A stretch of 64,000 nucleotides of DNA, taken from positions 1-64,000 of the IMG/VR virus record IMGVR_UViG_3300025358_000002; one strand, written 5' to 3'. Position 1 is the first letter of the stretch. Each line of letters begins with the position of its first letter. Of this stretch, positions 18,663 to 28,632 are shown in pieces. Position numbers and translations under genes: made by a program. Source of the stretch: a virus. Its lineage: Duplodnaviria > Caudoviricetes. The notes under the pieces were generated by a model that saw nothing but the letters and a program-made list of their open reading frames with translations, had not been told where the DNA came from and did no database searches.

Positions 18663-19090
18663 TGCCAGTATTTAAAGTATCTTCTAAATTAAACAAAACG
18701 AGTGTAATGATCGATCTTGTTGATAAAACCGCTCATTGCGAAGACTGCACACGTCCGTCAACCAAGGCTAACCCAGTAATTAGTTTAGGTTTAGCACCGG
18801 ACGGTATTCGTGAGATCTTCTCGCATGTCAACTGCCCATCTGCCAATGACAGAAGAGTGGTGGCAGAAGAAGAGCGTAACAGAGAGATTCACCACAGCTC
18901 TGCAGAAAACAATCCGTTTGCGTTTGCCGATAGATTCCGTCACATTGCTACTGATTCAATGGTTAGCAGCACAGTAGAGCAAACATTCCCAACAAACCCG
19001 CAGTCAAGCATGGATGTCAAGAATATGACAACCAAGCAGGTAGACGCCAACTACGACTCGAGCGGAACCCCCGTACCACCCAAGAATTAA
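18662..19090 (+). CDS. hypothetical protein
   Basis: TAATG coupling; CxxC...HxxC. Confidence 0.7.
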   Translation: MPVFKVSSKLNKTSVMIDLVDKTAHCEDCTRPSTKANPVISLGLAPDGIREIFSHVNCPSANDRRVVAEEERNREIHHSSAENNPFAFADRFRHIATDSMVSSTVEQTFPTNPQSSMDVKNMTTKQVDANYDSSGTPVPPKN

Positions 19091-19146
19091 TAATGTAATT
19101 CGCTGGGGTAATTACCCTAGTGTATGTATCCAATACAGGAGAAATC

Positions 19147-19731
19147 ATGGAACCACGTTTGAATATCAAGGTAGCAGACCTTTTCGACAGAACAGCAGCT
19201 GGAGCAGACACTATGGCTTCTCCTGTTGACGTAGACTTCGAGTCATGGGAAGAGCCATGGGAAGAAGACTTCTTTACGCCGCAAAGCGACTTCCAGGAAA
19301 ACATGCGAGCATACATGGAGCAGCGCAATGGCCTTGGTGCTCAGATTCAACAGTATGCTGACCAGGGTATGGCTGGAAACATGCTCAAGAACCCTGCTCA
19401 GGACCGCGCATTGATGGTTATGGAGCCAGAAACTGCAGGCACGCCAGATCTCGTCCTCGCACCTGAAATGCTCGGAAAAGGTGCTAGCAAGATTGCTTCA
19501 CAAGTTGTAGGCTTTAACAACACACAGATTACACCCGACTGCACATTTGGCGTTGTCGCCTCCTCAAAGACTGGTTCACTGGTCAGTGCTCGCGTAGTAG
19601 CAGAAACCCCTAACACCAAAATTGCCGGTACGATTATCGCTGTTGGTGACCGTGAGTTTGCTGTTGTGTGGGATGACAAGACTGCTTCTGTAGAGCGCAA
19701 GGCAGACTACGAGTTGGTAATTACTCAATAA
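19147..19731 (+). CDS. hypothetical protein, putative head-associated
   Basis: SD GGAGA before ATG 19147; IKVA, DRTA, SKIA motifs. Confidence 0.75.
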   Translation: MEPRLNIKVADLFDRTAAGADTMASPVDVDFESWEEPWEEDFFTPQSDFQENMRAYMEQRNGLGAQIQQYADQGMAGNMLKNPAQDRALMVMEPETAGTPDLVLAPEMLGKGASKIASQVVGFNNTQITPDCTFGVVASSKTGSLVSARVVAETPNTKIAGTIIAVGDREFAVVWDDKTASVERKADYELVITQ

Positions 19732-19734
19732 CCC

Positions 19735-20406
19735 ATGTTCAGAACCCAAAAAACTAAGATCGTCTCTACTCCGTTAGAGGAGGTCCTTGAGGTTGAAGAG
19801 CCAATGTTTGAGCCCACATGGGAGCAGGATTGGCCAGATGAAGATCCATGGGAAGATACATGGATCGAAGAAGAACCAGAGCTTCAGCAGATTTCAAACA
19901 TAGAATACATTGCCGTAGAATATGTTGAGAACGAGATGCAATGGGGAAAACTTACTAACTATGATGGTTATCAGTTTAGTTACCAGTGGGATACTAGATC
20001 GAACAGAATTGTGCGACTGGTTGGCAACCGCGTAGATAAGCTGGTTTGGGATCTGTGCGATGACGTTTTACGCAAATATTATGTCAGGCCAGAGCCCAAA
20101 AAGGTCGAAGAACCACTTGGGCCACAGATCGAGCAAGCAGTTAATAATGCTCTCACTCCTGTAGCCAATGCTTTTAAGAATCTTGATAGCAAGGTCGAGA
20201 AAGCACTGACTGCAAAACCCGCTCCAGCACCTGCTCCTGTACAGGCTGCTCCAGCACCAAGGCCACAGACAGTTCAATCAGCACCTATGCCAACTAGTGA
20301 TGTGCCAGCAATAAACGTAGCCGACAATGACATTAGCGCCAATGCAATGAGATTCTTGCAGGAATCTAATGTTCAAGATCTCGGCATAGACTATATGAGT
20401 CTCTAG
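19735..20406 (+). CDS. hypothetical protein
   Basis: 223 aa; acidic N-terminus, Pro/Ala linker. Confidence 0.75.
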   Translation: MFRTQKTKIVSTPLEEVLEVEEPMFEPTWEQDWPDEDPWEDTWIEEEPELQQISNIEYIAVEYVENEMQWGKLTNYDGYQFSYQWDTRSNRIVRLVGNRVDKLVWDLCDDVLRKYYVRPEPKKVEEPLGPQIEQAVNNALTPVANAFKNLDSKVEKALTAKPAPAPAPVQAAPAPRPQTVQSAPMPTSDVPAINVADNDISANAMRFLQESNVQDLGIDYMSL

Positions 20407-20414
20407 GAGAGATT

Positions 20415-21134
20415 ATGGAATTCGCAGAAGGATACGGTCCAAAGCAAGTAAAGAAGCCTTATGTTCTGGGTCAGTTCGTTACCGTATATGGTAACGACGG
20501 TACACCTGGTGCTGTTAACCCTGCTGCAACCGCGTACACACCAGTATCTTCCGGTAGTGAGATCACCCTCAATCAATTATGGGCCGGTGGCGTAGTAGGC
20601 GTATTGAGTCCCGGCCTCAACCTCAACGTTAATGGTAATGGCAATACAGACACCTCATTCATCTTTGCCCCTGGTGCTGCAACTGCAATCACTGACTTGA
20701 CCACGGCTGTTCTTAACCTGACACCATCAACAACATTCTCTGGTAGTGCCGGTATTTCATGGCAGGGTTCATATGACCGTTATTCTGCCGCAGATGTTTC
20801 TTGGAACGTAATCGCAACTGGCACAGTAACCAGTGGTGGTGGATCACTTAATCTTAACCAATCTGGCATTGGTAGCGTAGTTTACAACGCTTACCGCATC
20901 GTTGCCAGCGGTACACCGGGAGCCGGAATCATCAACTGGTCTATCCCTGGATTCTTCCTTGACATTAATGCTCAGAGCATTGGTCAGAACGCCACATATG
21001 CTAACGGTGGTATTGGACAGCTTAATATCCAGGACAATGACAGAATTACAATTAGCGGTGGTCAGCAGACCGGATACTCAGAAGATCCAGAACCACTCGC
21101 TGCAATCAAGAATAACGCAGACTACTACGGCTAA
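20415..21134 (+). CDS. putative virion structural protein (beta-rich, SG-rich)
   Basis: SD AGGAG; G/S/T/N-rich, few charged residues. Confidence 0.65.
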   Translation: MEFAEGYGPKQVKKPYVLGQFVTVYGNDGTPGAVNPAATAYTPVSSGSEITLNQLWAGGVVGVLSPGLNLNVNGNGNTDTSFIFAPGAATAITDLTTAVLNLTPSTTFSGSAGISWQGSYDRYSAADVSWNVIATGTVTSGGGSLNLNQSGIGSVVYNAYRIVASGTPGAGIINWSIPGFFLDINAQSIGQNATYANGGIGQLNIQDNDRITISGGQQTGYSEDPEPLAAIKNNADYYG

Positions 21135-21143
21135 GGAGTTGAC

Positions 21144-21332
21144 ATGGAAAGACAACAGAATATAAGATTGGCACGTACACGTCACGTAGGAGCGAATTTC
21201 GACTTCAATGGCAACCCTATTATCCAGAACAATTCTGGTGGTACCGTTCGCCTTAGTGGTCCTATTAGCACATACTCCTGTGGGCACCAATCAATTCCAG
21301 GCATCGATACCTGCAGTTGCCAAGCATATTAG
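21144..21332 (+). CDS. small hypothetical protein
   Basis: SD AAGGAG; CGH...CSC. Confidence 0.65.
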   Translation: MERQQNIRLARTRHVGANFDFNGNPIIQNNSGGTVRLSGPISTYSCGHQSIPGIDTCSCQAY

Positions 21333-21344
21333 GACACACATTAA

Positions 21345-23702
21345 ATGGCAAGAGAAGACTGGAGCGCATCTGCTGAGCTAGGCCGTATGAGATCGGCTGG
21401 CATCACAGGTCCCCGTAATCCTGTAGCACGACGCGTTGCTAATCAAGACTTGCTTAACATGGCACGTACCCCAGGTGCAATGGGCGCCATGAGCTCTAGC
21501 CCTCTCCTGGGGCCCTCTGAAGGACGTTCACGACTCAACTCTTTGAGTGCTAACGATTTCCTTGGCGAAGCTGGTATGTCACGTACTGCTAACCGCAGAA
21601 CTGCTGCAGCTACCGGCTCAGATGCACAGTGGGCTTGGCCTAAGTTGCACGACCCATTTGAATACTGGCGTGAGCGCACGTGGTGGTTCAACATGGAAGA
21701 CCCAGACGAGCAGACACGTAAGATTCGTGACTGGGCTCGTTTGCTTTACACCACTCACTATCTTGTCCCTTCTTTGATTGACATTTATACTCGTTACCCA
21801 TTGCTGGACGTCGAGTTAATCCACCCAGACAAGAGAATCGCTGATTTCTACAACGATCTATTTTTTGATGGTCTTAACTATAACGAATTCCTTTTCGACC
21901 TTGGTCGTGAGCACTGGACCGTTGGTGAAGTATTTGCCATGGGTTCTTGGCACGATGGTATTGGTGCATGGGAAGAAGATGAGATCATCAACCCTAACGA
22001 CGTTATTGTCGCTAAAAACCGTGCACTGAGAACGTATCAGTACCACATTAAGGTACCTGAAGAAATCAAGAAGCTTATTGAGCGTCGCGATCCTCCACAG
22101 GAATACGCAATGCTTATGCAACTCTACCCAGACGTTGTAGCCTGGGCCAGACAAGATAAAGAAATCCCTGTTTCTGATGTCATCATGAAGCAGATTAAAT
22201 TTAAAACCAACCCATGGAGCGAACATGGCACTCCTATTCTACTTCGTGCTTTTCGCATGCTTATGCTTGAGGAGTCTCTCAACGCGGCCCAAGATGCCAT
22301 TGCTGACAGATTATATTCTCCTCTTATTCTGGCTACTCTTGGTCTTCCTGATGTAGACCAGGATGGACCATGGGTACCTGACGCACAGGAACTCCAGGCT
22401 TTGCGAGATGACCTTTCTATGGCCATCAACTCAGACTTCCGTCTGATGACATACCACCACGGCCTTACTATCCAGAATGCATTCGGTCGTGAATCAATGC
22501 CACGCCTGGATGCTGACTTTATGCGTGTCGAGTCTAAGGTCATGCAGGTATTCGGTATTGGTGCTGACTTGCTCCAGGGTGGTAATGGCGGTACGTATGC
22601 TGCCGGTGCTCTTAACCGAGAGCTGATTACTCAGATGCTGAGTACTTACCAGCACAAGATCGAACAGTTCATCCGTTCCCGTATGGAACCAGTAGCAGAA
22701 AGACAAGGACACTATGAGATGCGTAACGTGGGTGGCCAAATGGTACCTGTTATGGAAACTGTTCTTATGGTTGATGAGGAAACTGGCGCTGAATATGTTG
22801 AAGAACGACCCAAGCTGGCCATTCCGGAGGTCCGCTTCCGTTCGATGAACCTGAGAGACGAGACCGTAGAACGCGGCTTCCTTCAGCAGCTTATGGCCTC
22901 TGGTTTCCCAATCTCTCTTGGTACGCTCGCTGTCAACATCCCGATTGACTTCGATGATGAAATCGAAGCCCGCAAGGATGAGAAGATCAAGACAGTTGTT
23001 GCTGAGCAGCAGTACAAGCGTGAACTGTTTAACCGTCTTACTGTTCTGCAGCTCCCTATTCCGCCAGAGTATGTTCAGGAATACCAGGCTTACATGGCTA
23101 TGCTCGAAAACCCTGCACTTGGTGCTCAGCTTGCTCCTGGTGCTATGGCTGGTCTTATTATTCCGCCTGCAGCACCTAACATGACAGGTGAAGTAGCCCA
23201 GAAGAGTGATGCTGCAATGGGTGCTCAGATTTACCCAAGTGTCAACAATATGGCACAGCAGATGCAAGCTCAAGCTAGCACACAGCGTGGCACTGAACGT
23301 CAGCGTCCTGTTGAATCATACGAGCAGCGCAAGAACGCTCCTAAGCCCAACAAGAAGGGACCAAAGAATGGTCCTCAGAAGAGAACTGCAAGCGTAAGCG
23401 GTTGGGATGATGATTACGATGATACTCCATTCGAGACCATTACGTATGGTGATCGCATGAAGTTTGCAGTGCCATGGGAGAGCAAGAAGCGCAAGCGCAT
23501 GAAGCTTGCTCGCGGTATGAAGATTGTTGCTGACGACAGCTACGAGAAGTTTAATGAAGACGAGTTCAAGAAACACTTGGCATCCATCATCGATGAACCA
23601 ATGATTCAAGAGCCCACCAATCTTGATGAGCACAGCAGCGGCGAAGGTGGCATGGATCAACCTGCAAGAAAACAAATAGATCCTACTGTTGAAGATTTAT
23701 AG
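21345..23702 (+). CDS. portal protein (Bxz1-like)
   Basis: WARLLYTTHYLVPSLIDIY, GREHWTVGE, HGTPILLRAF resemble the cluster C portal (recall); lies upstream of protease and MCP. Confidence 0.8.
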   Translation: MAREDWSASAELGRMRSAGITGPRNPVARRVANQDLLNMARTPGAMGAMSSSPLLGPSEGRSRLNSLSANDFLGEAGMSRTANRRTAAATGSDAQWAWPKLHDPFEYWRERTWWFNMEDPDEQTRKIRDWARLLYTTHYLVPSLIDIYTRYPLLDVELIHPDKRIADFYNDLFFDGLNYNEFLFDLGREHWTVGEVFAMGSWHDGIGAWEEDEIINPNDVIVAKNRALRTYQYHIKVPEEIKKLIERRDPPQEYAMLMQLYPDVVAWARQDKEIPVSDVIMKQIKFKTNPWSEHGTPILLRAFRMLMLEESLNAAQDAIADRLYSPLILATLGLPDVDQDGPWVPDAQELQALRDDLSMAINSDFRLMTYHHGLTIQNAFGRESMPRLDADFMRVESKVMQVFGIGADLLQGGNGGTYAAGALNRELITQMLSTYQHKIEQFIRSRMEPVAERQGHYEMRNVGGQMVPVMETVLMVDEETGAEYVEERPKLAIPEVRFRSMNLRDETVERGFLQQLMASGFPISLGTLAVNIPIDFDDEIEARKDEKIKTVVAEQQYKRELFNRLTVLQLPIPPEYVQEYQAYMAMLENPALGAQLAPGAMAGLIIPPAAPNMTGEVAQKSDAAMGAQIYPSVNNMAQQMQAQASTQRGTERQRPVESYEQRKNAPKPNKKGPKNGPQKRTASVSGWDDDYDDTPFETITYGDRMKFAVPWESKKRKRMKLARGMKIVADDSYEKFNEDEFKKHLASIIDEPMIQEPTNLDEHSSGEGGMDQPARKQIDPTVEDL

Positions 23703-23760
23703 ACAACACAAAATTGCATAATTAAATAGGAAGTGCAATTTTTTATTCAAGGATAACCCC

Positions 23761-23949
23761 ATGAGCACACTGTTTAATAATGAAACGCCGCGCATGTTGC
23801 CAAAGCAAGCATTCAATAAGGCCAGTTTCTTAAGCGTCGTAAGCCCTCTCGTTAAGCTAGAGATCATTAAGGAAGGTGAAGGGCTTAAGTGTCGCAATGC
23901 TCACAAGTTGAACCTTGCTGATAGTATCTATGAAAAAATCGAGGACTAA
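23761..23949 (+). CDS. small hypothetical protein
   Basis: SD AAGGA, coupled to the next gene. Confidence 0.6.
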   Translation: MSTLFNNETPRMLPKQAFNKASFLSVVSPLVKLEIIKEGEGLKCRNAHKLNLADSIYEKIED

Positions 23950-24326
23950 TGATCCTCGCCACTTTCTTCAACACTTCCAATACTTGGTTCAGTTACATTT
24001 CCAATTTCTTCTTTGCTGCTGCTGGGTTTGGTACCGTAGCGCGCATTATTTACAAGCTTATTACTAAGCATAGCGATAAGAAGCTTGAAGAGCTTGAGAA
24101 GCAGATTGCAGCTAGCAAATCCGATCAGGATGATAAATTTGAATTGCTTTTCAGCCAATTCAAAACAAATGGCGGTTCAAGCCCCAAAGACCAGTGGAAC
24201 CGACTAGAAACAAAGGTTGACCACCTAATGGGTATTGAAGCCCACGTAGATAAGCTTAGCCAGTCTATTGATCGCCACCTTGGTTACCACGAAGGTCTCA
24301 GAGCAGCACACGAAGACGAGGAATAA
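23949..24326 (+). CDS. membrane-anchored coiled-coil protein (possible lysis accessory)
   Basis: N-terminal TM helix, coiled coil, NGGSS motif common in actinophage membrane proteins. Confidence 0.6.
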   Translation: MILATFFNTSNTWFSYISNFFFAAAGFGTVARIIYKLITKHSDKKLEELEKQIAASKSDQDDKFELLFSQFKTNGGSSPKDQWNRLETKVDHLMGIEAHVDKLSQSIDRHLGYHEGLRAAHEDEE

Positions 24327-24328
24327 TT

Positions 24329-24808
24329 GTGAATTGGAATAAACGATATAATTTAAATAAAATTGCTTTTCCATTAGAAATTATACCTGCTCAACCAGAG
24401 AAAAAAAAGAAAACAACTTTCATAAAAAACCAAGAAGGTGAATTAGTTTCACATACACCCATCATTCCTGGTACACCTGAAATGTTACGGGATAAAGGCA
24501 CTTGTGATAATTGTGGTGTAAAAATTGGACCTTTTAGCGTTTCTGGCGGTCGTGGTGAACAAATTAGTGAAGGTTATTATTTAAATCCTAAAACTAATAA
24601 ATGGACAAGTTTACAAAATATTCAAAAAGGTATAGTTGATGTTTCTCGGACACAAGCTATAAATGCTATACCAACTAGTATTTTGTCGCCTACCACTCCA
24701 GTTCTTTGTTCAGAACACGCCGCACAAGCAGCAACATTAATGAATAATTTTAATTCTTCAACTGATTTAGATAATAAAGAGCTTACAATACCTGAACACT
24801 GGTTTTAA
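24329..24808 (+). CDS. AT-rich hypothetical protein
   Basis: GTG start after GAGGA; CDNC...CSEH; visibly lower GC than flanks. Confidence 0.65.
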   Translation: MNWNKRYNLNKIAFPLEIIPAQPEKKKKTTFIKNQEGELVSHTPIIPGTPEMLRDKGTCDNCGVKIGPFSVSGGRGEQISEGYYLNPKTNKWTSLQNIQKGIVDVSRTQAINAIPTSILSPTTPVLCSEHAAQAATLMNNFNSSTDLDNKELTIPEHWF

Positions 24809-24809
24809 C

Positions 24810-25205
24810 ATGGCAAGGACATTCAGACACCCTATTACGGGCGATGATATCGGCCTTGGCAAACATATTTCTTGGAAGATCCAGTTTTCTATCCGCAACT
24901 GGTATTTCATAGGTGCCATCACTTTTATAACATTGTTTTGCGCCGTATGGGGAACAATAAATATTGCCGTTATTGGTTGGTGGAACGTATGGGCCTCATA
25001 CATGGCATTGTTTATTGAATCAATTGTCGGCATCAGTATGTTTGAGCAGACTCGTGCAGACGCAAAAGTCATTAGAGAAACACTGGGAAAAATTCAAGAA
25101 TTGCTTTTGAAGATAAATCAGCTTCTTGAACTTGAAAAAGAACAATCTAAGGAAGTACACAATCTGGTAGATGTCTTGGAAGACGAGATCAATCTCCATC
25201 ACTAA
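24810..25205 (+). CDS. DUF1003-like membrane protein
   Basis: WYFI..TM..W...N..TM..Q.R.D followed by coiled coil. Confidence 0.6.
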   Translation: MARTFRHPITGDDIGLGKHISWKIQFSIRNWYFIGAITFITLFCAVWGTINIAVIGWWNVWASYMALFIESIVGISMFEQTRADAKVIRETLGKIQELLLKINQLLELEKEQSKEVHNLVDVLEDEINLHH

Positions 25206-25271
25206 TATTTAACATAGTATTAAACATTACGACGATGTAAAAACTGTGTTAACACAAACTAGGTTACGAAC

Positions 25272-25934
25272 ATGATTAAATTTGGTGCACCAACTGTAAG
25301 CCTTATGGGCAAAAGCGTTCAAGCTGGTAACAACCAGCCTATTGACCTGCACCCTGTTACGTTTGCAGACTTCAAAGAATTCTCTCCTGAAAAGGGATTT
25401 CTTTATGTTGCATCCAGAGCAATCTCATCTCGAGTAAATGCTAACTACGACGGTTGGCCTGTAGATCAGATCAAGAAAAGCTACAAGACTTTTATCGGTC
25501 GCCCAATCTACGTAGAGCATAACAACTCAGATCCTGATCGTGCTCGCGGTGTAATTCTTGACGCTATTTATCGTGAAACAAAACTCGCATCTGGAATTAT
25601 TGACGCCAGTGTTTATTGCTTGATGGAAGTTGACGCTGTTACTTTTCCTAAGCTTGCAGCTGCAATTGAAAACGGCAAGCTAAATGCAGTGAGTATGGGT
25701 GCCGACGTTGATGGCACTCAATGCTCAGCTTGCGGAAAATACGCAAGCAAGCCATCAGAATTCTGTACTCACATTCCTCGCCTTAAGGGTAGGAACGTTA
25801 CAGTATACAAGGCCGGTAAGCGTGTTGAGAGCCTGGTATACGAAAGCTGTATCAATCCAAACTTCTTTGAACTTAGTTTCGTTTTTGAACCTGCTGACGA
25901 ATCCGCTTGGCTTGTACAGAAGAGACGCTTCTAA
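25272..25934 (+). CDS. prohead (capsid maturation) protease with Zn-ribbon insertion
   Basis: VEHNN, AVSMG, CSACG..FCTH, FELSFVFEPAD; position between portal and MCP. Confidence 0.75.
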   Translation: MIKFGAPTVSLMGKSVQAGNNQPIDLHPVTFADFKEFSPEKGFLYVASRAISSRVNANYDGWPVDQIKKSYKTFIGRPIYVEHNNSDPDRARGVILDAIYRETKLASGIIDASVYCLMEVDAVTFPKLAAAIENGKLNAVSMGADVDGTQCSACGKYASKPSEFCTHIPRLKGRNVTVYKAGKRVESLVYESCINPNFFELSFVFEPADESAWLVQKRRF

Positions 25935-26677
25935 TGCCAAAGCTTAACGTTAGCGACAGCGTAATGAAGTACGCGTTGGAAACGATAAGAGTTCCTATCT
26001 CTATCCTTGGCGACTGCCCTCAGTGCGGAAGCAACGGATTCAGAGATGGTATCTGCCCAGACTGTGCGTTTATTCACCCAAACGTACAGGCTGCAATCCA
26101 GGAATGGCAAGCAGCAATGGGCATCCAACAAACAGAAGAGCAGATGAAGCAGACCCCTAAAGCTGCTTTCAGAAGCTTGTCGTTTGTAGATGTTCTGCCT
26201 GGGAACAACAACTTCAACGGCTATGACCTCTCCGGTGTTTCCAGCGGTAAGGTCAAGTGCCCGCAGTGTGGAGATTTAACGTTTGTTAACGATTCCCTTA
26301 AAAAGGGAGAAATATCGGGTTCTTGCGAAAATCCAAAATGTGGTCACGAAATTGCTGGAGCTTTAGGATTTAAAAGACCCAAGTTCTTGGGTATAGATCC
26401 TAGGATGCTAAAAAAAGTTAAACGAAACTTTCTTAGCCCTGCGAGTTTAAAGATCGAAGAAAACAAAAAGAAGTTGGAGAAGAACAAGAAAAAGGGAGCT
26501 GCTGAACAACAGCAGCAGCCTATGGATCTTGGTGCTCTTCAAGATGATTCAATGAATGCACATAACGATGCGACTACTCGTATGAAGCAGTTCCTTCAAC
26601 AAGGTGCAGGAATTGAAGCTCAACAAAATTACCAGATCAAACAAGAGAACGCTAACAACAGCGAGGAGCAACAATGA
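25934..26677 (+). CDS. Zn-ribbon protein of the head module
   Basis: TAATG coupling; CPQCG..CPDC and CPQCG..CENPKCG. Confidence 0.7.
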   Translation: MPKLNVSDSVMKYALETIRVPISILGDCPQCGSNGFRDGICPDCAFIHPNVQAAIQEWQAAMGIQQTEEQMKQTPKAAFRSLSFVDVLPGNNNFNGYDLSGVSSGKVKCPQCGDLTFVNDSLKKGEISGSCENPKCGHEIAGALGFKRPKFLGIDPRMLKKVKRNFLSPASLKIEENKKKLEKNKKKGAAEQQQQPMDLGALQDDSMNAHNDATTRMKQFLQQGAGIEAQQNYQIKQENANNSEEQQ

Positions 26678-28062
26678 GCCGTTTCGATAACGAAATGTCT
26701 AGATACGCAGACAATGCTTACCAAATGCATGGTCTCTCCGGACAAACCACTACTCCAAGACAGATGCCTTATGACCAAACTAGCTTGGTTGGCACTGAGC
26801 CTATGCCTGGTGTATACCAAGCTCCGCCAGCTGTAAATGAAGTACAGAACTGGGTTGCTGACCAACCCATTGGTATGATGGTGCAGGTAACTGACCTTGA
26901 TGCTGCTGACCCTGCAGACGGTTCACCCGGTGAGATCTTCGGTATGCCCGGTAACTCTGCCGTATACGCTGAGGGCCGCCAGATGGCTGCTAGCGTAAGC
27001 GTAGATCCAATTGATGAGAGTCTGTACAATGTTTACAAGGCTTCACGTGAGATCCGCGATGCAATTGACAACGAGATCGATTTTGATTTCTCTCGTCTTA
27101 TGACTGCTGCTAACGAGGCCGCTACGGTTGTTCGTTTTGCTAGCGTAGATTACTCAGTCAATGAAGTTATGGGTACCGTAGCTTCAATCATTGGCGACAT
27201 CGAAAGCGACCTCGCTACTACTTACAACTTTCACCAGGCTGCCACCGACCTCTACGCTCTTGAAGGTCTCCTCGAGGACATCAACAAGACTGCAGCTAAG
27301 AAGTGTGTTGGCGAAGAGTGCGAAAAGCCTGCCACCGAAGGTTCAAGATTCTGTGGCCCAGAGGGTTGCAAGGGTTCAAACAAGAAGGAAGGTTCTGTTT
27401 ACCTTGCTTCCAATGGTGACTGGTACTACGCCGACACTGTTGACCACTGGCAGGGCCAGGATGGTAACTTCTACTTTGCCACCAACGGTAACCAGGAGAC
27501 TCTGCAGATTGTAGACGTTCGCGACCTTGACGACCAAGCTGGCGTCTGGGACCGTGAGCTTGTCATGCAACCTAGCTTCCACACCGACGTTCAGGTTCCT
27601 GAGTACGTCAACGGTGAAGACGCTGGTTACGTACCGTTCTACAACGATGGTGCCGAGACCGGCATCATTCCTGGCCAAGAGCCTCACAAGCAGGAAGTAT
27701 GGCCTTACGATGGCACCAACCCTGCATTCGTTCCTTACCAGCAGGGCGTTGTCGCTGCTGTTCAGGACACCCGCGAAAGAATTTTTGACAGTCTCAACCT
27801 TGTAGACCGTCTTGAGAAGATGGGCATGGTAAATCCTGACGACCGTGCTAAGCATCTTGCAAAGTTTGAGCAAATGGACGGTGTTAAGCTAGCTGGTTTT
27901 GTAGCTTCACTTGACATGCTCGAAGAATCTGGGGCTCGTCAACCCCGGAGCCAAAAGGTGGCAAGTGGGTCAAACCGCATGCCCGAAATGGGTCGGTTGA
28001 CAACGGCCTCAACAGTTACTCGTCAAAGCGTTGCTTCTGACGACTGGCTGATGACACTTTAA
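26674..28062 (+). CDS. probable scaffolding / prohead core protein
   Basis: Acidic, helical C-terminus, directly upstream of decoration protein and MCP; SD GAGGAG. Confidence 0.55.
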   Translation: MSRFDNEMSRYADNAYQMHGLSGQTTTPRQMPYDQTSLVGTEPMPGVYQAPPAVNEVQNWVADQPIGMMVQVTDLDAADPADGSPGEIFGMPGNSAVYAEGRQMAASVSVDPIDESLYNVYKASREIRDAIDNEIDFDFSRLMTAANEAATVVRFASVDYSVNEVMGTVASIIGDIESDLATTYNFHQAATDLYALEGLLEDINKTAAKKCVGEECEKPATEGSRFCGPEGCKGSNKKEGSVYLASNGDWYYADTVDHWQGQDGNFYFATNGNQETLQIVDVRDLDDQAGVWDRELVMQPSFHTDVQVPEYVNGEDAGYVPFYNDGAETGIIPGQEPHKQEVWPYDGTNPAFVPYQQGVVAAVQDTRERIFDSLNLVDRLEKMGMVNPDDRAKHLAKFEQMDGVKLAGFVASLDMLEESGARQPRSQKVASGSNRMPEMGRLTTASTVTRQSVASDDWLMTL

Positions 28063-28090
28063 CCAATCCCTAACTAAGGAGAAAGAAAAA

Positions 28091-28612
28091 ATGCTTCAAT
28101 TGAATAGCATCGCTAACGTTGGGGTTCACCGCACGTGCACTCCATTGTACGAGAAGTACGAAGCCACGCCTTACAACACGTTCCTGGACCCTTCGGACAC
28201 CACGAACATCTACTCGGGCATGGTCATGTACCGTACGGGTCCTGACACTGTAGCAAACGCTGGTTCAGCTGCTTCAACAGCTGGTGCCAAGCCTTTCGGT
28301 CTCAGCTGCTTGGACCGCAATCCCAACATTGACGATGTAACTCAGGTTGGTGTAAACGCTTGGGCAGTATGGTTGGGTGGCTCTAACGCCTTCTTCAACA
28401 TTACGGCTCCTGCTTTTGACACGACTCAGGCTTACACTGTCAACTCGAACGGTACTCGTACCTTGCTGTACACCGCCTCTGGAACTGGTCAGATCACTAC
28501 CGTATCAGGTGCTGCAGGAACGCTCGCTAGCGTCCCAGTTGCTGAACTGATCGACGTCATCAGCCCCACCCAGATTACAATCCGTCTCGTACCATTCGGC
28601 GCAACGGCCTAA
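28091..28612 (+). CDS. capsid decoration / minor capsid protein
   Basis: Strong SD AAGGAG; immediately before MCP; beta-rich. Confidence 0.65.
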   Translation: MLQLNSIANVGVHRTCTPLYEKYEATPYNTFLDPSDTTNIYSGMVMYRTGPDTVANAGSAASTAGAKPFGLSCLDRNPNIDDVTQVGVNAWAVWLGGSNAFFNITAPAFDTTQAYTVNSNGTRTLLYTASGTGQITTVSGAAGTLASVPVAELIDVISPTQITIRLVPFGATA

Positions 28613-28632
28613 TTCTGAAAGGAATATGAACA

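Noticed and set aside
23710-23745. AAAATTGCA...TGCAATTTT inverted repeat after the portal as a terminator
   Set aside because: AT-rich stem with a 15-nt loop; too weak to call
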